Source: an uncultured virus (IMG/VR IMGVR_UViG_3300020048_000092) (Duplodnaviria > Heunggongvirae > Uroviricota > Caudoviricetes). Taken from it: a stretch of DNA of 64,000 bases. The position numbers and the translations under genes are program-made. Below the pieces are notes generated by a model that saw only the letters and a program-made list of their open reading frames with translations, did not search any database and had not been told where the DNA came from. Location of the stretch: IMG/VR virus record IMGVR_UViG_3300020048_000092. One strand, written 5' to 3'. Positions 51,557-61,651 of the stretch are shown in pieces (the first letter of the stretch is position 1; each line of letters opens with the position of its first letter).

Positions 51557-53243
51557 TAGAACAAGAAAACCTTTAACAGCACAAGAAGTTAATTACTGGA
51601 AAATGAACCTAGGTAGAGTTCTGAAAGTAGGTGCTGAGTTCGAATTTAATTTACCAGAAAAAGATACCGGAACATGTAAAGGAAAAAGTTTCACTTGTCC
51701 ATGTGTAAGCTATGGTATTCCGGAGTTTTCTTGCTGGACTAAATGTTTACGCGAAAAAGAATGTACAGAGCTAGCCGATCGCAGTCGTTGTGCTAAAAGT
51801 TTGGATTGCAAAAAGGCTGCATGTACAGATTGTAAAGAATACTCTTTTCAATGCAGTAGTTTAGTGTGCTCAAATCATGTATCAGCATGTGTTACATGTG
51901 AAGATTTTAAGGTAAACTGTGAAGCATGCGAATATAGATTTGATCCTAATAAAAATCCGGATTCAATAAGACAGGCTTGTATCAACAAATTCAGCCCAAG
52001 TAATTCATATGGTATTGTAAGTAAATCCGGTGTACATAATATAACAACAGACGGCTCACTTCTCGGAAAGAAAGGTATGGAAGTAATTACAACTGGCAGA
52101 AGAATAGACTACTGGGAATTCTTTAATATGTCTAAAAATATTATTGATACTTCTGTTGAAAAAGGTGCCTATTCCAATGAGCGTTGCAGCATTCATATGC
52201 ATGTTCTGGCAAGCTACTACGGTAAAGTTGTAGGAACTGCGGGCAGTCCCTCGCCAGGTGGTGGAGGCCCAATCTCGAAATCTAATGATCGGGTCAACGA
52301 GTTGGAAAGAAGTATTCCAGAAATAATTTTGGCCAATTTACATCAATTGTTAAGAAGATACCAAAATGCTATCACTTGGATGACTTCTGGGCTGGATGAT
52401 CCTAAACACTTAACCAGATGGGAAAAGTTTAGAGTATCTATCCTGAACATCTCTGCTATCACCGACAGTATGCCAGCAGTAAGAGATAGAGTAATTGCTG
52501 AGAGTGGTGGTAATAAATACGGATGGGTAAACTATAAATTCTGTGAGTTTGATAATCATGGAGATGCTAAACGCTTTCATGTAGAATTACGAGTAATGGA
52601 TGGTCTTCTAACTCCTAGTGCAATAGCAGCATTTGCGTGTCTATACTATGCTTTAGTAATTAAAGCGGTTGAATTGTCACGCTATGGTGTTATCGAATGT
52701 GGAGATAATGACTGGCAAGAAAGTGCACAAATTATCAAAGAAGCATTAATGAATAATTGTGCTGATTGGCAAGAAGGGACTAAAAACGGAAGATTTAGTG
52801 ATACATCAAACTTACATAAATACACAGATGTACTTGTAAGAGAATCTTTCGATCTTATATCTCAACTCAAACACATACTGATTAAAGTAGGACCGGCATA
52901 TGATGTATTAGAAAAACTTGCTGACAATCCTTGTTCAATCAGAAGATGCGCAGGACAGAGCTGGGTAGATATTGAAAAAGATTTGGCAATAAAACTTACG
53001 GAAGAAGGGAAGTTTGAGTATGAAATCTGTAAGATAATTGATACTCGGGAAGCTAATAGCATTCAATCAAAACAAGAGTGGTTGGATATTGTTGCCAAAA
53101 TATTAAGGGGTAACAAGGAATTAGCAATCGGCCAAGAACCCCTTGATGAAATAGTTGATAAAGTTGCAAATTATATTGAAGAAAGACAAGCCAACGGAGA
53201 AATCGTTTGGTCTGACAAAATTGGAACAATGATGACCATCTAA
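51528..53243 (+). CDS. Putative amidoligase (glutamine synthetase-like, Amidoligase_2 type) with Cys-rich insert
   Basis: VGAEFEF, DGSL...EVIT, CSIHMHV, KYGWVN, VELR. Confidence 0.75.
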   Translation: MGNHINFIGSRTRKPLTAQEVNYWKMNLGRVLKVGAEFEFNLPEKDTGTCKGKSFTCPCVSYGIPEFSCWTKCLREKECTELADRSRCAKSLDCKKAACTDCKEYSFQCSSLVCSNHVSACVTCEDFKVNCEACEYRFDPNKNPDSIRQACINKFSPSNSYGIVSKSGVHNITTDGSLLGKKGMEVITTGRRIDYWEFFNMSKNIIDTSVEKGAYSNERCSIHMHVLASYYGKVVGTAGSPSPGGGGPISKSNDRVNELERSIPEIILANLHQLLRRYQNAITWMTSGLDDPKHLTRWEKFRVSILNISAITDSMPAVRDRVIAESGGNKYGWVNYKFCEFDNHGDAKRFHVELRVMDGLLTPSAIAAFACLYYALVIKAVELSRYGVIECGDNDWQESAQIIKEALMNNCADWQEGTKNGRFSDTSNLHKYTDVLVRESFDLISQLKHILIKVGPAYDVLEKLADNPCSIRRCAGQSWVDIEKDLAIKLTEEGKFEYEICKIIDTREANSIQSKQEWLDIVAKILRGNKELAIGQEPLDEIVDKVANYIEERQANGEIVWSDKIGTMMTI

Positions 53244-53252
53244 GGAGTACAT

Positions 53253-54113
53253 ATGTGCGGAATATACGGAATTGCAATATTTAAAGGTTGTACAGTAAGA
53301 CACTCATTACTTAGACCATTGTTAAGAAAATTAGCTCTTGAAAGTCAAGTAAGAGGAACTCATGCGACAGGTTATGCCTTTACTAGTAGTAAGGGCATAA
53401 CTATTTTTAAACACAATGTTAGTGCTGATAAATTTACAAAATTAGATGATTACAAAAAAATAACAAGAGAAAACATGTCTAGTTTTAACACATTTGGATT
53501 TCCATACTCAATTATTGGACATACGAGATTTCAGACTAAAGGAAGCCCTATGAACCCTGGTAATAACCATCCGATAAAAGCCGGTTCGATTGTCGGGGTA
53601 CATAATGGGCATATAAATAATGATGATTATATATTTGATTTTTTAAAAGAAGCTTCTAATAACGAAGTAGAAAGGATAGCCCAAGTAGATAGTGAGGCTA
53701 TATTCAGTCTTATCAACCACTTCGCTAATGTACACAAATTCCCATCAAAATATGTAGCTCCTGATATAATCGGCCATATTGAAGATCCAACCACTACTGC
53801 AATTATTGAAGCCTCTAAAAAATTAGTAGGTAGCTATGCATGTGCAGTAACCGACGCAGATAATCCGAAGATGTTGTGGTTGTTCAAAAATAATGGTCCG
53901 ATAGATGTTAACTACTACCGTGAAGAAAAATTAATGATTTTTGCATCCAGTGATCGATTCATTAATAAATCTACAGAGTTGTTTAATTTTTCTGTCCCAG
54001 ATTCACTTGTAATAGACAGTTGTTCGGGTATGGCTATAAACATTACCAATGGAAAATACTATATGTTTGGGCTAGATGGCGCTAAACCGAGCAAATATGT
54101 TATGGAATATTAG
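53253..54113 (+). CDS. Class II (Ntn) glutamine amidotransferase
   Basis: MCGIYG, RGTHATG, GHTR..T.G, NNHP, HNG.I.N, VDSE. Confidence 0.92.
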   Translation: MCGIYGIAIFKGCTVRHSLLRPLLRKLALESQVRGTHATGYAFTSSKGITIFKHNVSADKFTKLDDYKKITRENMSSFNTFGFPYSIIGHTRFQTKGSPMNPGNNHPIKAGSIVGVHNGHINNDDYIFDFLKEASNNEVERIAQVDSEAIFSLINHFANVHKFPSKYVAPDIIGHIEDPTTTAIIEASKKLVGSYACAVTDADNPKMLWLFKNNGPIDVNYYREEKLMIFASSDRFINKSTELFNFSVPDSLVIDSCSGMAINITNGKYYMFGLDGAKPSKYVMEY

Positions 54114-55071
54114 GAGATAAAAATATGTTTCAACCGAATTATATATTTGGATTAAATAAAAAGCTTTTGGTAGATAATCCAGGCATTTATCAAGGCGTTG
54201 TGGTTATGGGCTCACAATCATACTCAATTGGTATGGGAACACCGTGTATAGGGTTAGTTTACCCAAGAAACAGAATTAGTGGTTCTTCAGAAATCCATCC
54301 ACATTTCTTGGTATTTCCATTTGCGCAATATGGAACAAAACCACGTAAAGTATATAACAATTTCGACGATACTCCAATGGTGATTAAGTTCACTGAAGAT
54401 GCAAACATCATTGATAGATCTAAAATTCTCAATATTGATAAACTCGATGAAGATCAGATTTTACGTAGTATTGAATACGTCAAAAATGTAGGTCCTTTAG
54501 TACTACCAATGGATTATGAGTCACGTAATGAACTTACTGACGATCTTTTGGAAATGATTAAATTACTAGGTAAAAAATTCAAGTGGAGTTCCTTACTACA
54601 TAAAGAGTATTATGGCAGCCTTGGGTTGAGACCTGGAGAAACAATACTATTTGTATTAACTTTGGCAAATATAGATCAATGTTTACCAGTGTACGACTCA
54701 AAAAAAGTGGATGGTGTTGTAATAAACGGGGTAGGCTATTACCCAGAAAAAAGTGAAAAATCGGATAAACTCGTAAGCTGTTGTGAGTTTACAATGGCCT
54801 TTTCTAATTTTACGTATGGATTTACCTATATAGATGGACAAAAGCTGCGAAATAAGCTAACGTCTATTGACCTTTTGAAAAAAGTAATATCAGAGTGTAG
54901 AGAGTACTTATCAGATATAAGAAAAAGTACCGTCAAAGAGGAAAAAATTGAGGAAGAGGGTTTAGTGACTATGGGAAGTTATCCCTCAGTAACTGCATCG
55001 AATACGCAACATGTTTTTAGTAATTTAACCACTACGTGTACGTCTTAAGTTTTAAGGAGGGAGAAACAAAA

Positions 55072-57027
55072 ATGTGTGGAATTGTCGGAGTTTTAAAATA
55101 TGGAGAGGAAAGTGATATCGCTAATAGAATATCTTCTTTATACTTAGGGGAGAGTCTATTGGAATTGACTGAAATAAGAGGAAAAGATGCTACTGGAGTT
55201 GCGGCACTGTTTGATGATGGTAACTTCTTTGGGCAGAAGATGGGTATTAAAGCTTCTGAATTTATAAACAGGTTTGGTGGATCAGAAAATGATTTTGATG
55301 GCCTATTTTCTGTATTGAAACAATATCAGTCAATCCTTCGTATATTCATCGGGCATTGTCGTAAGAAGACAGTCGGAGGTGCCTCTGATAATATGAATAA
55401 TCATCCTATCAAGGTAGGTAATATCATTGGTTTACACAATGGTACACTTAAAAACGATGACATTATCTTCAAAAACCTTGGTACAAAACGGGATGGTACT
55501 GTAGACAGTGAAGCTATTTTCCATTTGTTAAATTACTATACCAAGATGTGCAAGGAACCTTTTACACTTGATATAGTAGAAGAAGTAACAAAGAGGCTTG
55601 ATGGTACATTTAGTATCCTGGCATTTAACGCTAACAACCCGAATCAATTGGTTTCGGCTAGACACGATAGACCGGCAGAATACTGTTTAATCCGCCCCTT
55701 GAAGACTGTTGTAATAGCTTCTGAGAAGAAGTATATTGAAACGGTTCTATGGAACTATAACAGGCTAGCTCATAATTTCACTATGCCTGGGTTTGTAAAA
55801 CTTACAGATAAGGACGTTGAATACGCAGAGTTAAAAGACGAAACAATCGCATTGTTCGATCTCACAAGAGAAGTAAATATGGATACAAAGATCGAATCTC
55901 TGTACGACACACGTCCTGTACCAAAACCTGCGGTCAGGATATGGAAAGCTGCCGAGAAAACAAATACCTATTATAATGGTTATCCAACAAAAACACACGG
56001 CAACGCATATAATAGTAATACAGAAAAATCTGATAAATCTGACGATACAACGGAGGGCGCGCTAAAAGATCAAACATCAAAGCACACTACTCAAACCTCA
56101 GAGACAACTACAGCGAAGCAGACTACTACAGAGACTTCTACGACTGATAATGGAAAATCTGAAAAGGTAGGTAGAGTCTGGAATGAAAATTTGGATAAAT
56201 ATGTACTCGCCTTTGGAAAGCGTGGTGATGAGTCACATGTTATTCTTGATACGGAAAAAAAAATAGCCCTAGCAATCGCTAAAGCAATAGAAGAAACCGA
56301 AGCAGATATTGTAGATTCTCCTGATACAGTTGAGTTTGAAGATGTGAGTGACACTCTAGAAATAGAGGATGATCCTGATGATGAATTTTCTAAAAGCCCT
56401 GTCTCAGTAGAGCAATTTAGTATTGATGACACTGTTGCAATAAAAACCGTAGAGATTGAACCTGCTAAAGAAGCTGATGCTGCTGATTCTGAAAATTCTG
56501 GTGCAAGTGTTATTCTTTTGGATGATATTAGAGACGCCGCAGCTACAGGAAAGGTAGATTCCAAAGACTTGACTGACGCAATGAAAGCTGGGGTTGATTC
56601 ACTAAGCACTTTAGAAAAATTTGAAAGTGAGGAAGAAGTAGCTACCTTATGTAATACAGACGCCGGTAGTTTGAAATACATTCCGCTGCAATTTTTAGCC
56701 AACAGAGTATTGAGACATGGTTACATGGCAATTTTTCTAAAGGGCTGGGAAGCAAAGAAGGCTGCAATTGAAAAAGAAGAAAAAATGTCCAAATCACAAA
56801 AACACATTAGAGTATTAAAAGGTATAACATTATTACTGGATAATATTCTTAGTGAAGAAGTAAATGAGGATAAATCTGCAGACTGGTTTAAGCTGTGGAA
56901 AGAAAGTCAAGTATTGGGGGAGATTTCACCAAATTCAATCAGAGAAATATACAATACCGGAGATTTGCGAGAAAATAAAACGGTAAGAATGATGTTAAGT
57001 ACACTTATAAACAATATAAAAGAGTAG
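55072..57027 (+). CDS. Class II (Ntn) glutamine amidotransferase with long acidic/Thr-rich C-terminal extension
   Basis: AGGAGG RBS, MCGIVG at 55072, RGKDATG, GHCR..T.G, NNHP, HNGTL.N, VDSE. Confidence 0.9.
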   Translation: MCGIVGVLKYGEESDIANRISSLYLGESLLELTEIRGKDATGVAALFDDGNFFGQKMGIKASEFINRFGGSENDFDGLFSVLKQYQSILRIFIGHCRKKTVGGASDNMNNHPIKVGNIIGLHNGTLKNDDIIFKNLGTKRDGTVDSEAIFHLLNYYTKMCKEPFTLDIVEEVTKRLDGTFSILAFNANNPNQLVSARHDRPAEYCLIRPLKTVVIASEKKYIETVLWNYNRLAHNFTMPGFVKLTDKDVEYAELKDETIALFDLTREVNMDTKIESLYDTRPVPKPAVRIWKAAEKTNTYYNGYPTKTHGNAYNSNTEKSDKSDDTTEGALKDQTSKHTTQTSETTTAKQTTTETSTTDNGKSEKVGRVWNENLDKYVLAFGKRGDESHVILDTEKKIALAIAKAIEETEADIVDSPDTVEFEDVSDTLEIEDDPDDEFSKSPVSVEQFSIDDTVAIKTVEIEPAKEADAADSENSGASVILLDDIRDAAATGKVDSKDLTDAMKAGVDSLSTLEKFESEEEVATLCNTDAGSLKYIPLQFLANRVLRHGYMAIFLKGWEAKKAAIEKEEKMSKSQKHIRVLKGITLLLDNILSEEVNEDKSADWFKLWKESQVLGEISPNSIREIYNTGDLRENKTVRMMLSTLINNIKE

Positions 57028-57037
57028 GGGGCGGTAC

Positions 57038-58357
57038 ATGGGAGCAAGAGAAATAATTCTTGTTGTATCACAAAACATGTCCAACAACAAGAAAGCAGAT
57101 CGCAACGAAAACGATCTCATAAGAATGTCCTCGCCTGCACGAGATTATTTTAATTTTGGGAATTCCAAAGTGGAGGTAGTATATAAAGACAATTCCTCCA
57201 CTTTTGGAATTTTTCAAGCATTTGCGGAAGACATTAGGAAATTAAAAAATGATGGCTTCACAAATGAACAACTAAAACAAACTGGATTTGTAACAGAAAA
57301 AACATTAAGGGAGTTATATAAAGGCACAGGTCATATTCTACGTTCTGGAGCATTCATAGGCATCTTTAAGGAAAAAGAAAAAGAAAAACCAGTTTTAAAT
57401 ATATATATGGGCGCCGATCCAGAATTTCTTTTGTTTGATAACAACAATAGTATAATTCGAGCCAACTCATTGATTCCTAAAGAAGGACTGATTGGTTCAG
57501 ATGGTGCTATGGTAGAAATCAGACCTAATCCAGCACAATGTCCTTCAACTTTAGTACAAAATATGCTTTCTATCTTTAAAAATGCTGCTCAAAGTAGCAA
57601 AATAAAGGATTATATATGGAAAGCATCAATTTATTATAAAGATACACAAAGAGATTACCCTGTGGGTGGGCATATTCATATAGGTAACCCGCCAAATATT
57701 AAAAAGGTTACAAGCTATCAAAGAGAGTCGCTATTTGCCGTATTTAATAAAATAATGGACGAATTATTGGCTTTGCCACTAATCAAATTAGATGGTGATG
57801 AGCTAGGGAGGTCAAGAAGATCAAATTGTCAAATGGCCATGGGCAATCAAGGCTATGGTTATTTTGGTGAATGGCGTATGTGTGATGGCCGACTTGAACA
57901 CCGGACATTAAGTGGTTTATGGTTAATGCATCCTGTAGTGGCAGAATGTGTAATAGGCACAGCTAAAGCCATAGGTGAAGCAATGCATAGTGTAATTGAA
58001 GACAATAACTATGATACTGCTTTATTTAAACATCCGGACGTATCTTTAAGCGATCACAAGGTACTTTATAGACCAGAGTTTAATGATTGGGAATCGATAG
58101 GTTTGACGTCTATTATGAAATGTACTACGTCATCTTCGGTTATGTCAACCATGTTAAACCAGTCAAAAGCTAGGAATATTACCAAAAAGTTTTTGAGTAT
58201 TTGGTATAACAAGATGAAAGAATTACCGACTTACCATAAGTATGATAAGTACATCAATAAATTGTATGAAATATTGTTATTACCCAAAGATGAAGTAAGT
58301 AAGGTGGGTTTTGACATAAAGAAAAACTGGTTGGAAAAAACGAATTTTCCGACTTAA
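57038..58357 (+). CDS. phiEco32-like COOH-NH2 ligase type 2 with N-terminal extra domain (third copy)
   Basis: MGADPEFL, GSDG..VEIRP.P, VGGHIHIG, RR...GYGYFGEWR, LEHRTLS. Confidence 0.85.
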   Translation: MGAREIILVVSQNMSNNKKADRNENDLIRMSSPARDYFNFGNSKVEVVYKDNSSTFGIFQAFAEDIRKLKNDGFTNEQLKQTGFVTEKTLRELYKGTGHILRSGAFIGIFKEKEKEKPVLNIYMGADPEFLLFDNNNSIIRANSLIPKEGLIGSDGAMVEIRPNPAQCPSTLVQNMLSIFKNAAQSSKIKDYIWKASIYYKDTQRDYPVGGHIHIGNPPNIKKVTSYQRESLFAVFNKIMDELLALPLIKLDGDELGRSRRSNCQMAMGNQGYGYFGEWRMCDGRLEHRTLSGLWLMHPVVAECVIGTAKAIGEAMHSVIEDNNYDTALFKHPDVSLSDHKVLYRPEFNDWESIGLTSIMKCTTSSSVMSTMLNQSKARNITKKFLSIWYNKMKELPTYHKYDKYINKLYEILLLPKDEVSKVGFDIKKNWLEKTNFPT

Positions 58358-58377
58358 CTTAAATGGGAGAGAAATCA

Positions 58378-59508
58378 ATGAACAAACAAGAAGTTTACGT
58401 GTATTACAGTCCTGCAACAGATATTACTGGTAAAAACTTTGTAGATAAACTGGAAGTATCTGGTGGAAAAGTAAAACCGCCTGCTAGTAAGAAATTAGTC
58501 ATCGGCTGGGGCGCAAAAACAGACGATGATATTACATTTCCAAAGGGAGTTCAGGTGTTAAATCATCCGAATGCAATTAGAGCCAACAGAAATAAATTCG
58601 GCGCCTTAACGACTATGGCCAAAGCATTAAATGTAGCAGGAGCTACACATATTCCATTGGCTGTAGCTGCTGATAAAGTTAAAGCAGAATTGGTAGCTAA
58701 CCGAATCAGTTTCCCGCTGATCGGTAGAAAAAAATACCATCAGGGTGGTAAAGGTTTTTGGAATTGCCCAACGGTAGCCCAGCTTGAAGATGCTATTGCT
58801 TCTGGAGCAGACTATTTCCAGGTGATGGTGCCCATCAAAGATGAATTCCGACTCCATGTTTTTGGTGACAAAGTAATTCATGCTGTTAAAAAAGTCAAAC
58901 GCACAGAAGAAGAGTTCGAAAATGCGTTTGTTGAAGATGAATTGGCCCGGCAGAAAAGTTTGGCAGAAAAGAATAAAGATCCCTTTGACGAAGCTACTGC
59001 AAGAATGATGTTGAAAAGACAAGCTAAAAATGCGGCAGCCGGCGGGGCAAATATGTTGATTCGATCCAATCGAATGGGATGGAAATTTTCAATCATCAAA
59101 AAATGTGATGTTGAAATGGCCAAAATTGCTATTGCCGCAGTAAAAGCATTGGGGTTAGATTTCGGAGCCGTTGATTGTTGTACTGATACCAATGGTAACA
59201 TGTTTATTTTTGAAGTTAATTCTGGCCCTGGATTGGAGGCTACTTCTTTTGATAAGTATGTAGAAGCTTTTGAAGAAGTAATTGCTAAATTTGGTAAAGT
59301 TGAAGTTGCACCACCTGTCGTAGCAGATGCAAAAATTACCAAGCCTGTAAAAGGAACTGTTGAAGTAGAAGCTCCAATTGTCGGCGAAAGGGCTTTTATG
59401 CAACTTCAGCTGTCCAGATTGCAGGAAATGTTAAAGGAAGCAGACGATGCGGACCTTGCCACAATTAAAACGCTGGGAGCCAAACTCATATTCGGAAAAA
59501 ATTCCTAA
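58378..59508 (+). CDS. ATP-grasp ligase (RimK/YheCD-like)
   Basis: IGWG, LNHP.AI...NK, FPLIGR..HQGGKG, EFRLHV, GLDFGAVD, FEVNSGPG. Confidence 0.88.
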   Translation: MNKQEVYVYYSPATDITGKNFVDKLEVSGGKVKPPASKKLVIGWGAKTDDDITFPKGVQVLNHPNAIRANRNKFGALTTMAKALNVAGATHIPLAVAADKVKAELVANRISFPLIGRKKYHQGGKGFWNCPTVAQLEDAIASGADYFQVMVPIKDEFRLHVFGDKVIHAVKKVKRTEEEFENAFVEDELARQKSLAEKNKDPFDEATARMMLKRQAKNAAAGGANMLIRSNRMGWKFSIIKKCDVEMAKIAIAAVKALGLDFGAVDCCTDTNGNMFIFEVNSGPGLEATSFDKYVEAFEEVIAKFGKVEVAPPVVADAKITKPVKGTVEVEAPIVGERAFMQLQLSRLQEMLKEADDADLATIKTLGAKLIFGKNS

Positions 59509-59923
59509 ATTTAGTGTTGCGCTATCTAACTTCGAAATATCTCAACAGGTAGCGCAACTATTAAATACTAATAATAGATTAATTGTAGAACATGACATTA
59601 ATTCTATTATTACAAGCAGTGTACAGTACTTTATCGAGCTATATGGACCTACTGTCGCTGGTTGTGTGGGTTTGCTACGAGAAGAGAAAATGGATAAGAT
59701 AGTGCATTTAAGTACATCTCCTTTATTTAGAAGAAAAGGAATTGGTAAAAAATTATTATTGACAGCTATTGACAATTCCAAAAAAGATGTTATATATATG
59801 CATGTAAGAGAAGATAATATTGGAAGCCTACAGTTAGTAACTAATGTAGGATTTAAAATAATAGCCTATATACCAAAACACGATTATAATCTGTTTACAT
59901 TGTGTTTATTTAGGAGGAAATAA
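59447..59923 (+). CDS. GNAT acetyltransferase (start uncertain)
   Basis: HLSTSPLFRRKGIGKKLL, HVREDN..S..L...GF. Confidence 0.8.
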   Translation: MRTLPQLKRWEPNSYSEKIPKFSVALSNFEISQQVAQLLNTNNRLIVEHDINSIITSSVQYFIELYGPTVAGCVGLLREEKMDKIVHLSTSPLFRRKGIGKKLLLTAIDNSKKDVIYMHVREDNIGSLQLVTNVGFKIIAYIPKHDYNLFTLCLFRRK

Positions 59924-60656
59924 TGCTGGTCGGAACCAACCTTAAAGAAGTTAAATATGTTGCTGTAGAAGTAATCAGAAATAATGCTGTAAAAGCAGCC
60001 GACATTGAATGTGGCTTATTCATGGGGATATGCTGTAAAAAGGATACTACGAACAGAGTTCATAAATTTCTGGCTCTACTGACGAATAAAACTTCAGTTA
60101 GACTGTACAATATGTCAGAATATAAAATTGTTACTGTAGATACTGTAGCAGAAACAACGCGTTATATGACAATTTTTACACATGAAGCTCTTGAACAAGT
60201 TGAAGCGACTACATTGCTGGGTGAACTTACAGTAGTACTTAATAAAGAAGAAAAACTGTACAAGAATGACCCAAATAAAGAATTGATCGATGTAGACAAA
60301 TATACAGACTATCCGAAAGCAATCCTTGAATTTGACAATATTACGCAAGAACGAGCCAATCCTTCAATTGCCGAAAAAGCCGGAGCTTACCATGCTGGAA
60401 ATCATTACCCTCCTGCAAATTCGACATCACAAACAACATCTTCTTATGTTGCGGTAGATAAGAAACCAGAAGTTACGGTTATAAAAAGGAAAGGTAGATT
60501 ACCTTCAACAGAAACGTTGTTGAAGATGAAGGAATGTGTAAAACTAATAGCATCTGGACAGTTTGTGGTAAAAGCTTTGCCAATTCCGGAATGTGATCGA
60601 TTAACTCAAAAAGGTAAGGATTTTACCATGGTAGTACATTAATAAATAGGAGTTTT

Positions 60657-61646
60657 ATGGGATTTATTGGGCACAAAAATACAAAAGAAAGGATTAAAGT
60701 AGCGATATCTTCTGCAACACAAAGAAATACTGCTATTCCACACATCTTATTGTCCGGAGCCGCTGGTTGTGGAAAAACTACCACAGCCAGGTGGTTGTCA
60801 AGTATTGGTGGATACGAATATTTTCCAGCATCCCCTTTAGAATTAAAAACAAAGAAAAGTGTGTATACACTTCTTGAAAAATTAAATATGACGGGTTATA
60901 ATGAGGGCGGTGATCGAATAGGAAAAGTCAAACCTACCATATTATTTTTTGATGAGATTCACCAAATGCCAGTCATAGGACAAGAGATCCTTGGTTTAGC
61001 AATGGAACGTTTTGTTTTAGATGCTGATTTACCTAATAAACTAATATGGTTACCATATTTTACAATAGTGGGTGCTACTACGGATGATGGTAAATTAACT
61101 AAACCATTTAGAGATAGATTTAAGATGAAGTTTGTCTTTGAACCTTATGACGATAAAGATATGATTGACGTGATAAGGTTTCACGTAATAAAAAATCAGT
61201 TATATATAACTGATGGGGCAATCAGGATCATAGCTTCGCGCAGTAGGGGCGTTCCACGAATAATGGTAAATTATCTCGAAACTATTAGAGATATAATGTT
61301 GTCTGAAAATGCTACGATAATAACAGAAGAACTGGTTTTATTAGCATTCGATATAATGGGTGTTGATGATACTGGATTGACTAAAATAGAGATAAAAATA
61401 CTTAAGTCATTAATGGAAGCTCAAGTACCAATTGGTCTTGATAACTTATCCATAACGACCAATGAGTCTAATACAACAATTTCACAAAGTATTGAACCAT
61501 TTTTGATACGAAGAGAACTTGTTGTAAGAACAGGCAAAGGCAGAACCATAACTGAAAAAGGACGTAAGTACTTAGAAGATCATGGGTATACATCAAACAA
61601 AGTATCAGCCAAGAAGTATATTGATGTAGCTTATGAAAGAGGTTAA
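60657..61646 (+). CDS. ruvB: RuvB-like Holliday junction branch-migration ATPase
   Basis: FIGH, HILLSGAAGCGKTT, FFDEIH, FTIVGATT, PFRDRF, SRGVPR, IEPFL...RTGKGR. Confidence 0.9.
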   Translation: MGFIGHKNTKERIKVAISSATQRNTAIPHILLSGAAGCGKTTTARWLSSIGGYEYFPASPLELKTKKSVYTLLEKLNMTGYNEGGDRIGKVKPTILFFDEIHQMPVIGQEILGLAMERFVLDADLPNKLIWLPYFTIVGATTDDGKLTKPFRDRFKMKFVFEPYDDKDMIDVIRFHVIKNQLYITDGAIRIIASRSRGVPRIMVNYLETIRDIMLSENATIITEELVLLAFDIMGVDDTGLTKIEIKILKSLMEAQVPIGLDNLSITTNESNTTISQSIEPFLIRRELVVRTGKGRTITEKGRKYLEDHGYTSNKVSAKKYIDVAYERG

Positions 61647-61651
61647 AAGTT

